A stretch of 32,000 bases of DNA from Nostocales cyanobacterium LEGE 11386 (GTDB lineage Bacteria; Cyanobacteriota; Cyanobacteriia; Cyanobacteriales; Nostocaceae). Both the position numbers and the translations under genes were made by a program. Location: contig JADEXK010000054.1 of NCBI GenBank assembly GCA_015207155.1, forward strand, positions 10,527-42,526, given 5' to 3'. Below are positions 1-9,336 of the stretch, one piece after another. The notes beneath the pieces are model-generated. The model did not search any database. It had not been told where the DNA came from and was given only the letters and a program-made list of their open reading frames with translations. Positions within the stretch are counted from its first letter, which is position 1, and the number at the start of each line of letters is the position of its first letter.

Positions 1-25
1 TAACATAGGTAACGAGCGTTGTGAT

Positions 26-514
26 GTGATTGCTCGCTCCTTCGCTAGCGGTGAAATCCCATCCCTACAACAGTTATCCTCTACGGAATCTTACAAATCT
101 TTACCGAATCCCAGTAAAACACATGTAGCAAAAGTAGCTGAAGATGATAAAAATTTTACAATAATTAACACAAGTACACAAGATAACAGTACTTCTGCAT
201 TAGATATAGACGTTATGGAACCATCCACTGCACAAGCTGCGGCTGCAAATGAAGAAAAACCGCCTGCCACGAGAGTCGAACAACTCCGCAACTTGGTTGA
301 AACTCTGCATATAGCTGATGAAATTTCTCAAAAAGGCTACTTAATCACCAGTTCTGAACTAGCAGACTTGATGGATGTCCACGCCAGCGCAGTCACTAGT
401 CGGGGAGACCAATGGCGCTGGCGGAACTGGATTGTATCACGGGTAAGACGCGAAGGTAATCAAATTCTCTGGGAACTAGAACGAGGCGATCGCTTGGGAG
501 GTGAAGAAGATTGA
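26..514 (+). CDS. Hypothetical protein, probably the 3' part of a longer gene
   Basis: The 162-codon ORF starts at GTG, but its frame has no stop back to window position 2, so the true start may lie upstream. No recognisable catalytic motif. Confidence 0.4.
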   Translation: MIARSFASGEIPSLQQLSSTESYKSLPNPSKTHVAKVAEDDKNFTIINTSTQDNSTSALDIDVMEPSTAQAAAANEEKPPATRVEQLRNLVETLHIADEISQKGYLITSSELADLMDVHASAVTSRGDQWRWRNWIVSRVRREGNQILWELERGDRLGGEED

Positions 515-584
515 GGGAGCAGAGGAGCAGGGGAGCAGGGGAAGAAACTCCTACTCAGCACTCAGCACTCAGCACTCAGCACTC
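515..584. repeat. Two adjacent short tandem arrays: GGAGCAG(G)-type units (515-542) and ACTCAGC heptamers (553-584, about 4.6 copies)
   Basis: Read directly. The array fills the gap between two convergent genes and ends exactly at the cruG-like stop codon (585-587). Confidence 0.85.
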
Positions 585-1787
585 TTATTCATACTTCCTT
601 CCTCGCCACTCCCGTGGAGTGTGGAATGCAGATAAGAAGATGCGTAGCACTGCTATGGGGTCAGCTAAAGGAGAAAGCCAGAATAACCAACCACCTTTAG
701 CGCTTTGGCGATCGTAGGAAGGTGCGATCGCTAATAACATGGCAAAGCGAATCACCAGCAAAAATAGATTCAGTCCCCATAAGAGGAGCAGAGGAGGGAG
801 GGTAGGCAGGGGGAGAATCAAGAAGTAACTGATGAAAATTGGCAAAGGTAAACCCTGAACTGCTAAGAGTAACCATAAATCTCCCCAAATTTGAGCAGAT
901 GGAGATGCATCTTTCAAATCGAGACTGCGCCCCCATTCTTTCCACGTTTCTACCGCTCCTTCATACATCCGTACCTTTAACACCTTAGCGCCATCTAAAA
1001 AGCCTACTTTAAAGCCCTGGGCAGCAATATATCGTGCCAATGTAACATCATCACAAAAGGAATTACTGGCACTGGTATAACCACCCACAGCAGCTAAAAC
1101 TGAGCGACGACATAAAAAGCATTGACCATTGGCCATTACCCGTTCTGGCTGCTCGGTTTTGATCCCAGCCGGATCAAACCGATAAAGTAAAGTCATTAAT
1201 AGCGCTGGTTGCAGCAAGCATTCACCTGGGTACTGGAGGATAAATTGAGGTGAGAGGGAAACCAAATCATATCCTTGTGCTTGTGCAGTCTTCACCAAAC
1301 CCGCAACTAAACCCGGATGTGGCTGAGTATCAGCATCCATCCCTAAAAACCACTGACTTGCGTCTGAACTATGCAAAAAGCCGTTATGCAGTGCCCAAGG
1401 ACGACCCACCCAAGTAGAAGGTAGTGGGTCATCTGTCATGAGGCGAAAACGGGGGTCTTGCTGTTGTGCGGTTTTCACTAAGTCCGGGGTGCCATCTTGG
1501 GAATTGCTATCTACCACAATTATTTCCCGAACTTCGTAGCTTTGCCGACTCAAGCCAGATAACAGAGGACTAATGCGAAGTGCCTCATTCAGTGTGGGAA
1601 CGACAACACTGACACTACCCAAAAGCTCAGGTGTTGGCTGTTGTGGTTGAATGGGGGGATGGCGTCTTGGCCCCTTGACTAGACGCGAGAGTAGAATCGC
1701 TGTTGCTGGTACTTGGAGAAGTAGCAATATAAAAGATATGACGCTTTCTACTATTAAAGCGTTGTCCACAGTAAAAGTATTTTGCAA
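585..1787 (-). CDS. cruG: Family-2 glycosyltransferase with C-terminal membrane helices, likely the myxol 2'-O-glycosyltransferase
   Basis: GT2 signature VVVPTLNEA...VVDSNSQDGT and a DxD-like MDADT motif. It lies immediately downstream of a CruF-like gene on the same strand, as described for cyanobacterial cruF-cruG. The start is TTG at 1787; GTG at 1769 is an alternative. Confidence 0.55.
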   Translation of the reverse strand: MQNTFTVDNALIVESVISFILLLLQVPATAILLSRLVKGPRRHPPIQPQQPTPELLGSVSVVVPTLNEALRISPLLSGLSRQSYEVREIIVVDSNSQDGTPDLVKTAQQQDPRFRLMTDDPLPSTWVGRPWALHNGFLHSSDASQWFLGMDADTQPHPGLVAGLVKTAQAQGYDLVSLSPQFILQYPGECLLQPALLMTLLYRFDPAGIKTEQPERVMANGQCFLCRRSVLAAVGGYTSASNSFCDDVTLARYIAAQGFKVGFLDGAKVLKVRMYEGAVETWKEWGRSLDLKDASPSAQIWGDLWLLLAVQGLPLPIFISYFLILPLPTLPPLLLLWGLNLFLLVIRFAMLLAIAPSYDRQSAKGGWLFWLSPLADPIAVLRIFLSAFHTPREWRGRKYE

Positions 1788-1918
1788 TGGGGAATGTTAT
1801 TGAGCATTGGGGAGGCAGTGACGGGTACATAGGGGTCTCCTCAATTGGAGCAACTGCCGTCATTGGGCATTGGGGAAGTAAAATTTCTTTTTTTGTCCCC
1901 CTAGTCCCCAGTTTTTAA

Positions 1919-2827
1919 TTATTTCAAAGCAACTTTGATACTTGCTACTGAAACTTCATTAGTTGTTGGCTCAGGATTAACTTGAGCAGATGCGGCTGAT
2001 CCTTTCAACCAAAACACCATAGCTGGAGCTACACCTAGTAGCAAACCTAGTAATACAGGAATGGAGAATCCAGCAGCCAAGCTCATAACTGTGGCAAAGC
2101 CAAAATTACTTAAATAAACCGCTAAGGGTAAATTAAGCTGCGATCGCTCAAACTTAACAGGATTGTTTTTCCATAGCAAGGCTGCCACAGTTATAAATAC
2201 TGCTCCAGTACCCAACCAGCCAGCAAAGTTTTGATAAGGCATACCAAAGAAAGCACCTGGTTGTTGCCAATACCAAAACGGGAGAGAAGTTTGGCTCATA
2301 GCCGGGTCAAGCACAAAATCCCAGCAAGTTAGCAGCAAAGAACCTAAACTGATTGCACCTATGTGCCGCCACCAGCCAGGCTTTGTATCCACTTCTAAAC
2401 CAGCACGCGCTAGCAGATAAGAAACACATCCCACATAAAACCATGACAAGGGAATTGTAAATGGCACTAAACCACCAATTTTATAGCCCAAGCCACTCAG
2501 GTAGCTGTAGTGACCAAACGGAAATCCCGTACTGGTTCCTAGTAATTCACTAGTTAAGGAGATCAAAATTGCGGGCAGCATAAATGCCAAAATGCGACCC
2601 AAACCCAACGTCCGCAAACCATACAAAAATACGGCTGCTGCACCCAAGATGATATAAACTACACCACCACCAGCCATACTCCATTGCATGGCGGTCTGTC
2701 CCACCTCAGACAGGTGTAAAATTACTTCGGCGTTAGGTATAACTAGTAGTATGCCTACTAATCCAAACACCATTGACACGATATGACCAATGAGGCATAC
2801 GCGCTCGGCGATAACAAGTTGTTTCAT
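1919..2827 (-). CDS. cruF: Carotenoid biosynthesis membrane protein (PF04240/CruF-like, gamma-carotene 1'-hydroxylase family)
   Basis: Polytopic 302-aa protein with GFPFGHYSY and WDFVLDPAM motifs, which I recall as typical of the CruF family. It is paired with the GT2 gene downstream. Confidence 0.55.
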   Translation of the reverse strand: MKQLVIAERVCLIGHIVSMVFGLVGILLVIPNAEVILHLSEVGQTAMQWSMAGGGVVYIILGAAAVFLYGLRTLGLGRILAFMLPAILISLTSELLGTSTGFPFGHYSYLSGLGYKIGGLVPFTIPLSWFYVGCVSYLLARAGLEVDTKPGWWRHIGAISLGSLLLTCWDFVLDPAMSQTSLPFWYWQQPGAFFGMPYQNFAGWLGTGAVFITVAALLWKNNPVKFERSQLNLPLAVYLSNFGFATVMSLAAGFSIPVLLGLLLGVAPAMVFWLKGSAASAQVNPEPTTNEVSVASIKVALK

Positions 2828-3139
2828 GATAAGTCCTTAACAAGATGTGACACGTGGCTACTCGGCTGCTAACAGTTTACAAATATTTACGAAAATATTT
2901 AACTAGTTCATGCTGTAATTCTCTGGAAAGTAGCTTGGCTTTCGTGCCCAGAGCATAACAGACCATTGATTGAATCTAGAAAACATAGGATGATAAACTT
3001 ATAGTCTAAGCCATAGTAGTCAAAATCTATATACAGCAGTATATTTTAGGGTAGATAAAAATTAAAGTAAAACAAGGCCTTTGGTGCGACCAAAAACTTG
3101 TTAGATAATAGCTTAAGCCGCTCATGGCTACACCAATCC

Positions 3140-3580
3140 ATGTCAATTGTCAAAAGACTTCCCTGGATTTCCTTGGTACTTGTGTTACTTAGCTACAGTA
3201 CATTGGGTTGGTTTTTATCCGAAACACAAGCCTCTGTGTTGGTATGGATGGTCTTGATGCTTGGTATTTTGCTGTTAGTGGGAAGCTTGACTACTCCTTG
3301 GTCAGCAATGGCTGATTACTATACTTTACTATTTCGGTCAAATCTCAAGTCTTTTGCCGTTGCTGTTGTAGGCGCATTCTTATTTTTTCTCATGCTTGCT
3401 TGGTTTCGCCTATTTCTTGATACCTTGCTCATTATTTCTGCGGCTGTCTTAGCGAGAATTGACTTTCAGACAGCTGGGTTTACGCAAGGGCAAGCTTTTT
3501 TAGTTACTTTTATATTTTCCTTAGCCGGTTTAGCTTTGGGTAAAGTCCTGCACATGGGATTTTTACAGGAGCTATGGTAA
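3140..3580 (+). CDS. Small integral membrane protein, function unknown
   Basis: ORF 3098-3580 starts at TTG; ATG at 3140 is the more likely start. Four hydrophobic segments, no known motif. Confidence 0.45.
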   Translation: MSIVKRLPWISLVLVLLSYSTLGWFLSETQASVLVWMVLMLGILLLVGSLTTPWSAMADYYTLLFRSNLKSFAVAVVGAFLFFLMLAWFRLFLDTLLIISAAVLARIDFQTAGFTQGQAFLVTFIFSLAGLALGKVLHMGFLQELW

Positions 3581-3649
3581 GTCATTCCCAAAGTAACAAT
3601 TTTACTATTGCCAGTAGGTTGCAGGGTGGGAAACACCCACCCTCATACT

Positions 3650-3931
3650 TTAAACAGCCACTGTCTCAACTGCGGCAGCAACTGGATAAACACTAATTTT
3701 TTTGCGGGTTTTGCCTTTTCTCTCAAACGTCACTACACCATCAACCAAGGCAAACAAAGTGTCATCACTGCCGATGCCGACATTGTTACCAGGATGAAAC
3801 TTGGTGCCGCGCTGACGCACGAGAATGTTGCCCGCCAGCACAGCTTGACCACCATAGCGCTTAACACCCAGACGCTGGGCATTAGAGTCGCGACCGTTGC
3901 GTGTACTACCTGTTCCTTTCTTATGAGCCAT
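3650..3931 (-). CDS. rpmA: 50S ribosomal protein L27
   Basis: [29 protein letters not shown] is the canonical L27 N-terminus. Confidence 0.97.
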   Translation of the reverse strand: MAHKKGTGSTRNGRDSNAQRLGVKRYGGQAVLAGNILVRQRGTKFHPGNNVGIGSDDTLFALVDGVVTFERKGKTRKKISVYPVAAAVETVAV

Positions 3932-3960
3932 AATTTCCTCTTTTGTTTGTTCTCTTTAAA

Positions 3961-4359
3961 TTATTCAGCAGTCGCTTCTGCAAGGGAATTATCGGTGATG
4001 GGAGACTCAGCAGATAGAGATTCATCTGCTGCGAACACCGTACCATTGAGGGTGATGGAATTAATCATCAGTCTAGTAATTTCCTGGCGATGCCCCCGCT
4101 TTTTACGGGTTTTCTTTTTCGGCTTCATTTTATATACCAGGACTTTGCGACCTCTAAGATTCCTTAGCACTGTCCCTTCTACAGTCGCCCCTGCTACTAA
4201 AGGCTGTCCAATGGTGACTTCACCATCGTGCTGCACTAGTAATACTGTTTCTATTGTAACTTTTTCGTCCGCTTCGATATGCAGCAGTTCTATGTCGTAA
4301 AAGCGCCCTGGCTCAACTTTGAGTTGCTTGCCGCCAGTTTCAATAATTGCGTAGGTCAT
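3961..4359 (-). CDS. rplU: 50S ribosomal protein L21
   Basis: [24 protein letters not shown] is the canonical L21 N-terminus. The gene is upstream of rpmA, as in the conserved rplU-rpmA operon. Confidence 0.95.
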   Translation of the reverse strand: MTYAIIETGGKQLKVEPGRFYDIELLHIEADEKVTIETVLLVQHDGEVTIGQPLVAGATVEGTVLRNLRGRKVLVYKMKPKKKTRKKRGHRQEITRLMINSITLNGTVFAADESLSAESPITDNSLAEATAE

Positions 4360-4636
4360 GGAATTGTCCTTGAAGTTGCCGTACAGGTAGCTGGCTTTTA
4401 TCTCTTGTAGAGATGCGATTCATCTTGCTTTAATGAATCACTGTTGCTAGCTTTTGTAATTATGTCTACCTGATCCGAGCAGGAATTAGACAGACAATCT
4501 ATAATCTTACCCTATAAATGACAATTAAGTCAACCTAAATGTGACTAAAAATTTTGTTTCAGCCTGAATTGATCGATTTGGCGAAATTTAGATAATTGCC
4601 GATGTAGTTACTCAAGACACAGAACAGCACTAAAAA

Positions 4637-4668
4637 TCTGAGTAACGACAACCGTTACTCGGATTTTT
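4637..4668. terminator. Bidirectional intrinsic-terminator-like hairpin (A5, 11-bp stem, 5-nt loop, T5)
   Basis: tctgagtaacg-acaac-cgttactcgga is flanked by aaaaa (4632-4636) and ttttt (4664-4668). No annotated gene ends here. Confidence 0.4.
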
Positions 4669-4908
4669 CCTTGATATCAAAGAATTTTATAGCTATGCGA
4701 TCGCCTGAAATCAACAAGTAACATAAAATTTACACTCAAAATTACCAAAATAGATATTTGGCTGAGTTTTATCCCTAAATTAATTAAAATATTATATTTT
4801 ATTTTGATATTTATCTACCTAATATTGCATTTATTTCTTGAATAAATTCATAACTTATTTGCTTTAACTACTGGCATAAACAGAGTAATTTAATGCATAA
4901 AAATAATT

Positions 4909-4941
4909 CTTGTGGAACAGTCAAGCTATCTGTTCCACAAG
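4909..4941. repeat. Perfect 12-bp inverted repeat with a 9-nt spacer
   Basis: cttgtggaacag-tcaagctat-ctgttccacaag sits in the AT-rich region about 200 bp upstream of the ndhI-like gene. Confidence 0.7.
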
Positions 4942-5137
4942 AAAATCTTATTGCTCTATTTTAGTCTGGTCACGCTACTACAATATTTTTTGCTAAAACA
5001 AGCAATATTTAAACATAAATTTGTATTTTGACTCACACTCAAACTTAACATTTAGCCTGCCGTTTGACGGAAGTTACTGTTAGCAGCAACTATTACCGTG
5101 CTGATTAGTAGTGTTCTTAGCTGAGACTAGTTTACTC

Positions 5138-5743
5138 ATGTTTAAATTTCTTAAACCAGTTGGTGATTACGCCAAACAAACTTTGCAAGCAGGTCGCTAT
5201 ATTGGACAAGGGCTATCGGTAACTTTCGATCATATGGGTCGTCGTCCCATTACTGTGCAATATCCATACGAAAAACTGATTCCCTCTGAACGCTTCCGAG
5301 GGAGAATTCACTTTGAATTTGATAAATGTATTTCTTGTGAAGTTTGCGTTCGAGTCTGCCCTATTAACCTCCCAGTAGTAGATTGGGAATTTAATAAAGA
5401 ATATAAAAAGAAAGAACTCAAGCATTACAGTATTGACTTTGGAGTTTGTATATTCTGTGGCAACTGTGTGGAATTTTGTCCAACAAACTGTCTGTCATTT
5501 ACTGAAGAATATGATCTTTCTGTTTATGACCGCCACGAATTGAATCATGACAACGTGGCGATGGGAAGACTACCTTACAAAGTTACCGAAGATGCAATGG
5601 TGACACCACTACGAGAATTAGTGTACTTACCTCAAGGAGTCTTAGATCCTCACGGAATTCCTGATGATGTTCGTCGAGTCGGTGTTTTACCATCGGAGAT
5701 TTTACAACAGGCTGTAGAAGATACCAATGATGCTAATCAGTAA
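5138..5743 (+). CDS. ndhI: NAD(P)H-quinone oxidoreductase subunit I (NuoI-type 2x[4Fe-4S] ferredoxin) in a non-canonical context
   Basis: [25 protein letters not shown]...[27 protein letters not shown], with both CxxCxxCxxxCP motifs ([24 protein letters not shown]). The start is taken at ATG 5138 rather than the track's GTG 5111. Confidence 0.9.
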   Translation: MFKFLKPVGDYAKQTLQAGRYIGQGLSVTFDHMGRRPITVQYPYEKLIPSERFRGRIHFEFDKCISCEVCVRVCPINLPVVDWEFNKEYKKKELKHYSIDFGVCIFCGNCVEFCPTNCLSFTEEYDLSVYDRHELNHDNVAMGRLPYKVTEDAMVTPLRELVYLPQGVLDPHGIPDDVRRVGVLPSEILQQAVEDTNDANQ

Positions 5744-5769
5744 TTGCTAGTAGCTAATTTTTATTGATC

Positions 5770-7494
5770 ATGACACAAGTACAAGTACAAGAAACTACTA
5801 ATATTGCTGCTCATGGTGAAGAATTGCCAGTAAGAAATTGGCGAGAATATTTTAGTTTTAGCACTGACCATAAAGTTATTGGCATTCAATACTTGGTCAC
5901 AAGTTTTGTGTTTTATCTATTTGGTGGTGCGTTGGCAACTTTAATTCGCAGTGAACTAGCAACACCAGAGTCAGACTTAGTTAGTCCTGAATTTTATAGC
6001 GGTTTATTTACCCTCCACGGAACTGTGATGATTTTTCTGTGGATTATCCCGGCTGGGACGGGGGGATTTGGTAACTTTTTAGTGCCGCTATTAATTGGGG
6101 CGCGTGATATGGCTTTCCCGCGATTGAATGCGATCGCCTTTTGGCTTGTCCCGCCGGCTGGCCTTTTGCTCCTAGCAAGTTTCTTTATAGATCCACCCCA
6201 GGCTGGTTGGACATCCTATCCACCGCTAAGTCTGATCATGAGTCAAGCCGGTGAAGCCATGTGGATTCTCAGCTTGATTTTACTGGGAACCTCCTCAATC
6301 ATGGCAGGGCTAAATTTTCTGGTGACGATTCTCAAAATGCGGACACCAGGGATGACGCTAAATCAAATGCCTCTATTTTGCTGGGCAATGTTAGGAACTT
6401 CTGGTTTAACACTGCTAGCAACCCCTGTACTCGCTGCGGCTTTGATTTTGCTAGCTTTTGACCTCTTGGCGGGTACAACATTCTACAACCCCACAGGCGG
6501 CGGAGACCCTGTAGTCTACCAACACATGTTCTGGTATTATTCACATCCGGCTGTGTATATCATGATTCTCCCAGTCCAAGGGATGATCTCAGAAATCTTG
6601 CCAGTTCACGCCCGCAAGCCAATTTTTGGTTATCTAGCCGTTGCTTATTCCAGTATTGCGATCGCCTGTTTATCTCTGATTGTCTGGGCGCACCATATGT
6701 TTACCACTGGTACACCTGGATGGGTGCGGATGTTTTTCATGATTACCACTATGGTTATTGCCGTACCCACAGGGATTAAAGTATTTAGCTGGTTAGGAAC
6801 TCTCTGGGGCGGCAAAATCCACTTTCGGACTGCCATGTTATTTGCCATGGGCTTGATTTCCGTGTTTGTCATTGGTGGGATTAGTGGCGTGATGACAGCT
6901 GCGGTTCCCTTCGACATTCACGTCCATGATACCTATTTCGTTGTGGCTCACCTGCACTACGTCTTGTTTGGCGGTAGTGTCTTTGGTTTGTATGCCGGCA
7001 TTTATCATTGGTTTCCCAAAATGACCGGGCGAATGTTAGATGAAACCTTAGGCAAAATTCACTTTGTCCTGACATATATCGGCTTCAATCTGGCATTTTT
7101 CCCCATGCATGAGTTGGGTATGCAAGGGATGAGAAGGCGAATTGCTGTGTATGATCCCAAATTTGCCGACCTCAATCTTATTTGTTCTATCGGTGCAGTC
7201 TTACTGGCAATTTCTACCCTACCTTTCCTGATTAATGTTTGCCATAGCTGGCTATACGGGAAAAAAGCACCTGATAACCCTTGGCAAGGTTTGACTTTTG
7301 AATGGATGACAACCTCACCACCACCACCAGAAAACTTTAAAACTCAACCAGTTTTAGCGGTACACCCTTACCATTACGGCGTGCGTGCATCTGAAGCTAA
7401 CGGCCGCTCAGATCAAGAAAATCCTCAACCTGATCTAGCTGCTGTGAGTCATGCCGATGACAACCAAAACTCTGAACAAGAATCATCTACATAG
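5770..7494 (+). CDS. ctaD: Haem-copper oxidase subunit I (A2-type, cyanobacterial CtaD-like), with no ctaC or ctaE nearby
   Basis: Twelve or more TM segments. Motifs include HGTVMIF, WTSYPPLS, FWYYSHPAVYIMILP (the YS motif replacing the D-channel Glu), WAHHMFTTG, VPTGIKVFSW and HDTYFVVAHLHYVLFGG. ATG at 5770; the track's TTG is at 5764. Confidence 0.9.
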   Translation: MTQVQVQETTNIAAHGEELPVRNWREYFSFSTDHKVIGIQYLVTSFVFYLFGGALATLIRSELATPESDLVSPEFYSGLFTLHGTVMIFLWIIPAGTGGFGNFLVPLLIGARDMAFPRLNAIAFWLVPPAGLLLLASFFIDPPQAGWTSYPPLSLIMSQAGEAMWILSLILLGTSSIMAGLNFLVTILKMRTPGMTLNQMPLFCWAMLGTSGLTLLATPVLAAALILLAFDLLAGTTFYNPTGGGDPVVYQHMFWYYSHPAVYIMILPVQGMISEILPVHARKPIFGYLAVAYSSIAIACLSLIVWAHHMFTTGTPGWVRMFFMITTMVIAVPTGIKVFSWLGTLWGGKIHFRTAMLFAMGLISVFVIGGISGVMTAAVPFDIHVHDTYFVVAHLHYVLFGGSVFGLYAGIYHWFPKMTGRMLDETLGKIHFVLTYIGFNLAFFPMHELGMQGMRRRIAVYDPKFADLNLICSIGAVLLAISTLPFLINVCHSWLYGKKAPDNPWQGLTFEWMTTSPPPPENFKTQPVLAVHPYHYGVRASEANGRSDQENPQPDLAAVSHADDNQNSEQESST

Positions 7495-7507
7495 GAATGT
7501 TAACAAG

Positions 7508-8122
7508 ATGAATTTAGCACATGAAAACTTGACTAAAAACTTGACTAACTTGATGGGAATTATTGGTGTTAGTACGGCGATCGCGGTTACTGGCTATTCA
7601 CAGATTAATCAAAAAGCGATCGCGCAAACGACACCCAATGTATCTACTATTTCGGGAACTAATATCTCACAAGCTAGGCTAAATGCCATTGACAGAGTTT
7701 ATGTGAACGAAGCAGCCCAAGCAGGAATGGCAGAAGTCGAAATGGCAAAGCTGGCACTAGAAAAATCAAACAACGATAACGTCAGACAGTATGCCCAGCA
7801 GATGATACAGGATCATACACCTGCGAACAAAGAATTAATGCAATTGGCGCAGCAGAAGGGAATTACTCCACCCACTGATGTCGGTTCTAAGTATCAAGCC
7901 ATAATAGCGCAACTATCACAATTATCTGGTGCAGATTTTGACCTAGCATACAGAAATGAAGCCGGCATGAACGGGCATATGGAAAACTTAGTCATCCACA
8001 CCCGTCAATTACAAATTGGTCAAGACCCAGACTTGCAAGCCTTTGCTGCCAAAAATATTCCCATTGTAGAGAGACACTTGCAATTGGTCGATGAATTATT
8101 AATGCAACCCACTCAGCAATAA
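7508..8122 (+). CDS. DUF4142-like (ferritin-like four-helix) protein with an N-terminal signal/anchor
   Basis: Hydrophobic N-terminus [17 protein letters not shown] followed by two helical half-repeats ([20 protein letters not shown]..., ...[18 protein letters not shown]). The family call is from memory. ATG 7508 lies 13 nt after the ctaD stop. Confidence 0.55.
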   Translation: MNLAHENLTKNLTNLMGIIGVSTAIAVTGYSQINQKAIAQTTPNVSTISGTNISQARLNAIDRVYVNEAAQAGMAEVEMAKLALEKSNNDNVRQYAQQMIQDHTPANKELMQLAQQKGITPPTDVGSKYQAIIAQLSQLSGADFDLAYRNEAGMNGHMENLVIHTRQLQIGQDPDLQAFAAKNIPIVERHLQLVDELLMQPTQQ

Positions 8123-8133
8123 ATAGTTTAATT

Positions 8134-9318
8134 ATGGCCAGAATCGAAACCAGAACCGAACCCATGACCATCAACATGGGGCCGCATCATCCCTCGACGC
8201 ACGGTGTTTTGAGGTTGATTGTGACATTGGATGGAGAAGATGTTATTGACTGTGAACCGGTGATTGGCTACCTGCATCGGGGAATGGAAAAAATTGCCGA
8301 AAACCGTACCACCATTATGTATGTCCCTTACGTCAGCCGTTGGGACTATGCTGAGGGCATGTTTAATGAAGCTGTCACAGTCAACGCTGTGGAAAGGTTA
8401 GCTAATATCCCCATTCCCAAACGCGCTAGCTACATCCGCGTCATCATGCTAGAGCTGAATCGAATTGCTAACCACCTGCTGTGGTTTGGGCCATTTGCCG
8501 CAGATTTAGGCGTGCAAACTCCCTTTTTCTATATATTCCGAGAACGGGAAATGATTTATGACTTGTGGGAAGCAGCTTCAGGCTACCGCATGGTTAATAA
8601 TAACTACTTCCGCGTTGGCGGCATTGCAGTTGATTTACCTTACGGTTGGGTAACTAAGTGCCAAGAGTTTTGTGATTACTTTCCGGGCAAAATAGATGAA
8701 TATGAACGGCTAGTCACCGATAACCCTATTTTTCGCCGTCGGGTTGAAGGCGTGGGTTTCATTGACCGAGATGAGGCGATTAACTGGGGTCTTTCCGGCC
8801 CGATGCTGCGTGGTTCGGGAGTGAATTGGGACTTGCGAAAAGTTGACCACTACGAGTGCTACGACGATTTTGATTGGGAAGTTTGTTGGGAAACTGGTGG
8901 TGATATCTTAGCGCGTTACTTTGTGCGGATGCGGGAAATGCGAGAATCAGTGAAGATTCTGCATCAAGTACTCAAAGGGTTACCTGGCGGCCCTTACGAA
9001 AATTTAGAAGCCAAACGCATGGCGTCCGGACGTAAATCAGAATGGGACGCATTTGATTATCAGTATATTGGCAAGAAGGTTTCCCCTACCCTCAAGATTC
9101 CCAAAGGAGAAATCTATGCCCGTGTCGAAAGTGGTAAGGGTGAGTTAGGCATTTATCTAATTGGAGACGATAACGTTTTTCCTTGGCGCTGGAAAATCCG
9201 TCCGGCTGATTTTGATAATTTGCAGATTTTACCCCACCTGCTGAAAGGGGTAAAAGTTGCCGATATCATAGCAATTTTAGGTAGCATTGATATCATTATG
9301 GGTTCAGTTGACCGTTAG
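8134..9318 (+). CDS. ndhH: NAD(P)H-quinone oxidoreductase subunit H (NuoD-type)
   Basis: [37 protein letters not shown]...[14 protein letters not shown] is near-collinear with cyanobacterial NdhH. Confidence 0.92.
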   Translation: MARIETRTEPMTINMGPHHPSTHGVLRLIVTLDGEDVIDCEPVIGYLHRGMEKIAENRTTIMYVPYVSRWDYAEGMFNEAVTVNAVERLANIPIPKRASYIRVIMLELNRIANHLLWFGPFAADLGVQTPFFYIFREREMIYDLWEAASGYRMVNNNYFRVGGIAVDLPYGWVTKCQEFCDYFPGKIDEYERLVTDNPIFRRRVEGVGFIDRDEAINWGLSGPMLRGSGVNWDLRKVDHYECYDDFDWEVCWETGGDILARYFVRMREMRESVKILHQVLKGLPGGPYENLEAKRMASGRKSEWDAFDYQYIGKKVSPTLKIPKGEIYARVESGKGELGIYLIGDDNVFPWRWKIRPADFDNLQILPHLLKGVKVADIIAILGSIDIIMGSVDR

Positions 9319-9336
9319 AAATTGGGAGTTGGCTAT

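Noticed and set aside
511-717. A 68-aa plus-strand ORF. The antisense ORFs 697-945, 1627-1863 and 91-291 fall in the same class.
   Set aside because: It runs through the tandem repeat arrays and then antisense into cruG. The others overlap better-supported genes and show no motifs.
3608-4300. A 230-aa ORF on the plus strand.
   Set aside because: It lies entirely antisense to the unmistakable rpmA and rplU genes and its composition is Cys/Ser-rich and low-complexity. It is a shadow ORF.
5111-5137. Extended N-termini given by the ORF track. Examples are ndhI from GTG 5111, the 12908 start, the 18407 start, the 23241 start, the 27187 start and the 29474 start.
   Set aside because: The extensions run through intergenic repeats or palindromes, or add residues absent from the well-known family N-termini. 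Internal ATG starts fit better. Not verified experimentally.
6261-7075. Several 64-90-aa ORFs inside ctaD on both strands. Similar ORFs lie inside aroC (30095-30729), argB (29113-29334), the P450 gene (16806-17075) and the NLR gene (20095-20337).
   Set aside because: All are nested in, or antisense to, strongly supported genes, and their translations are compositionally odd.
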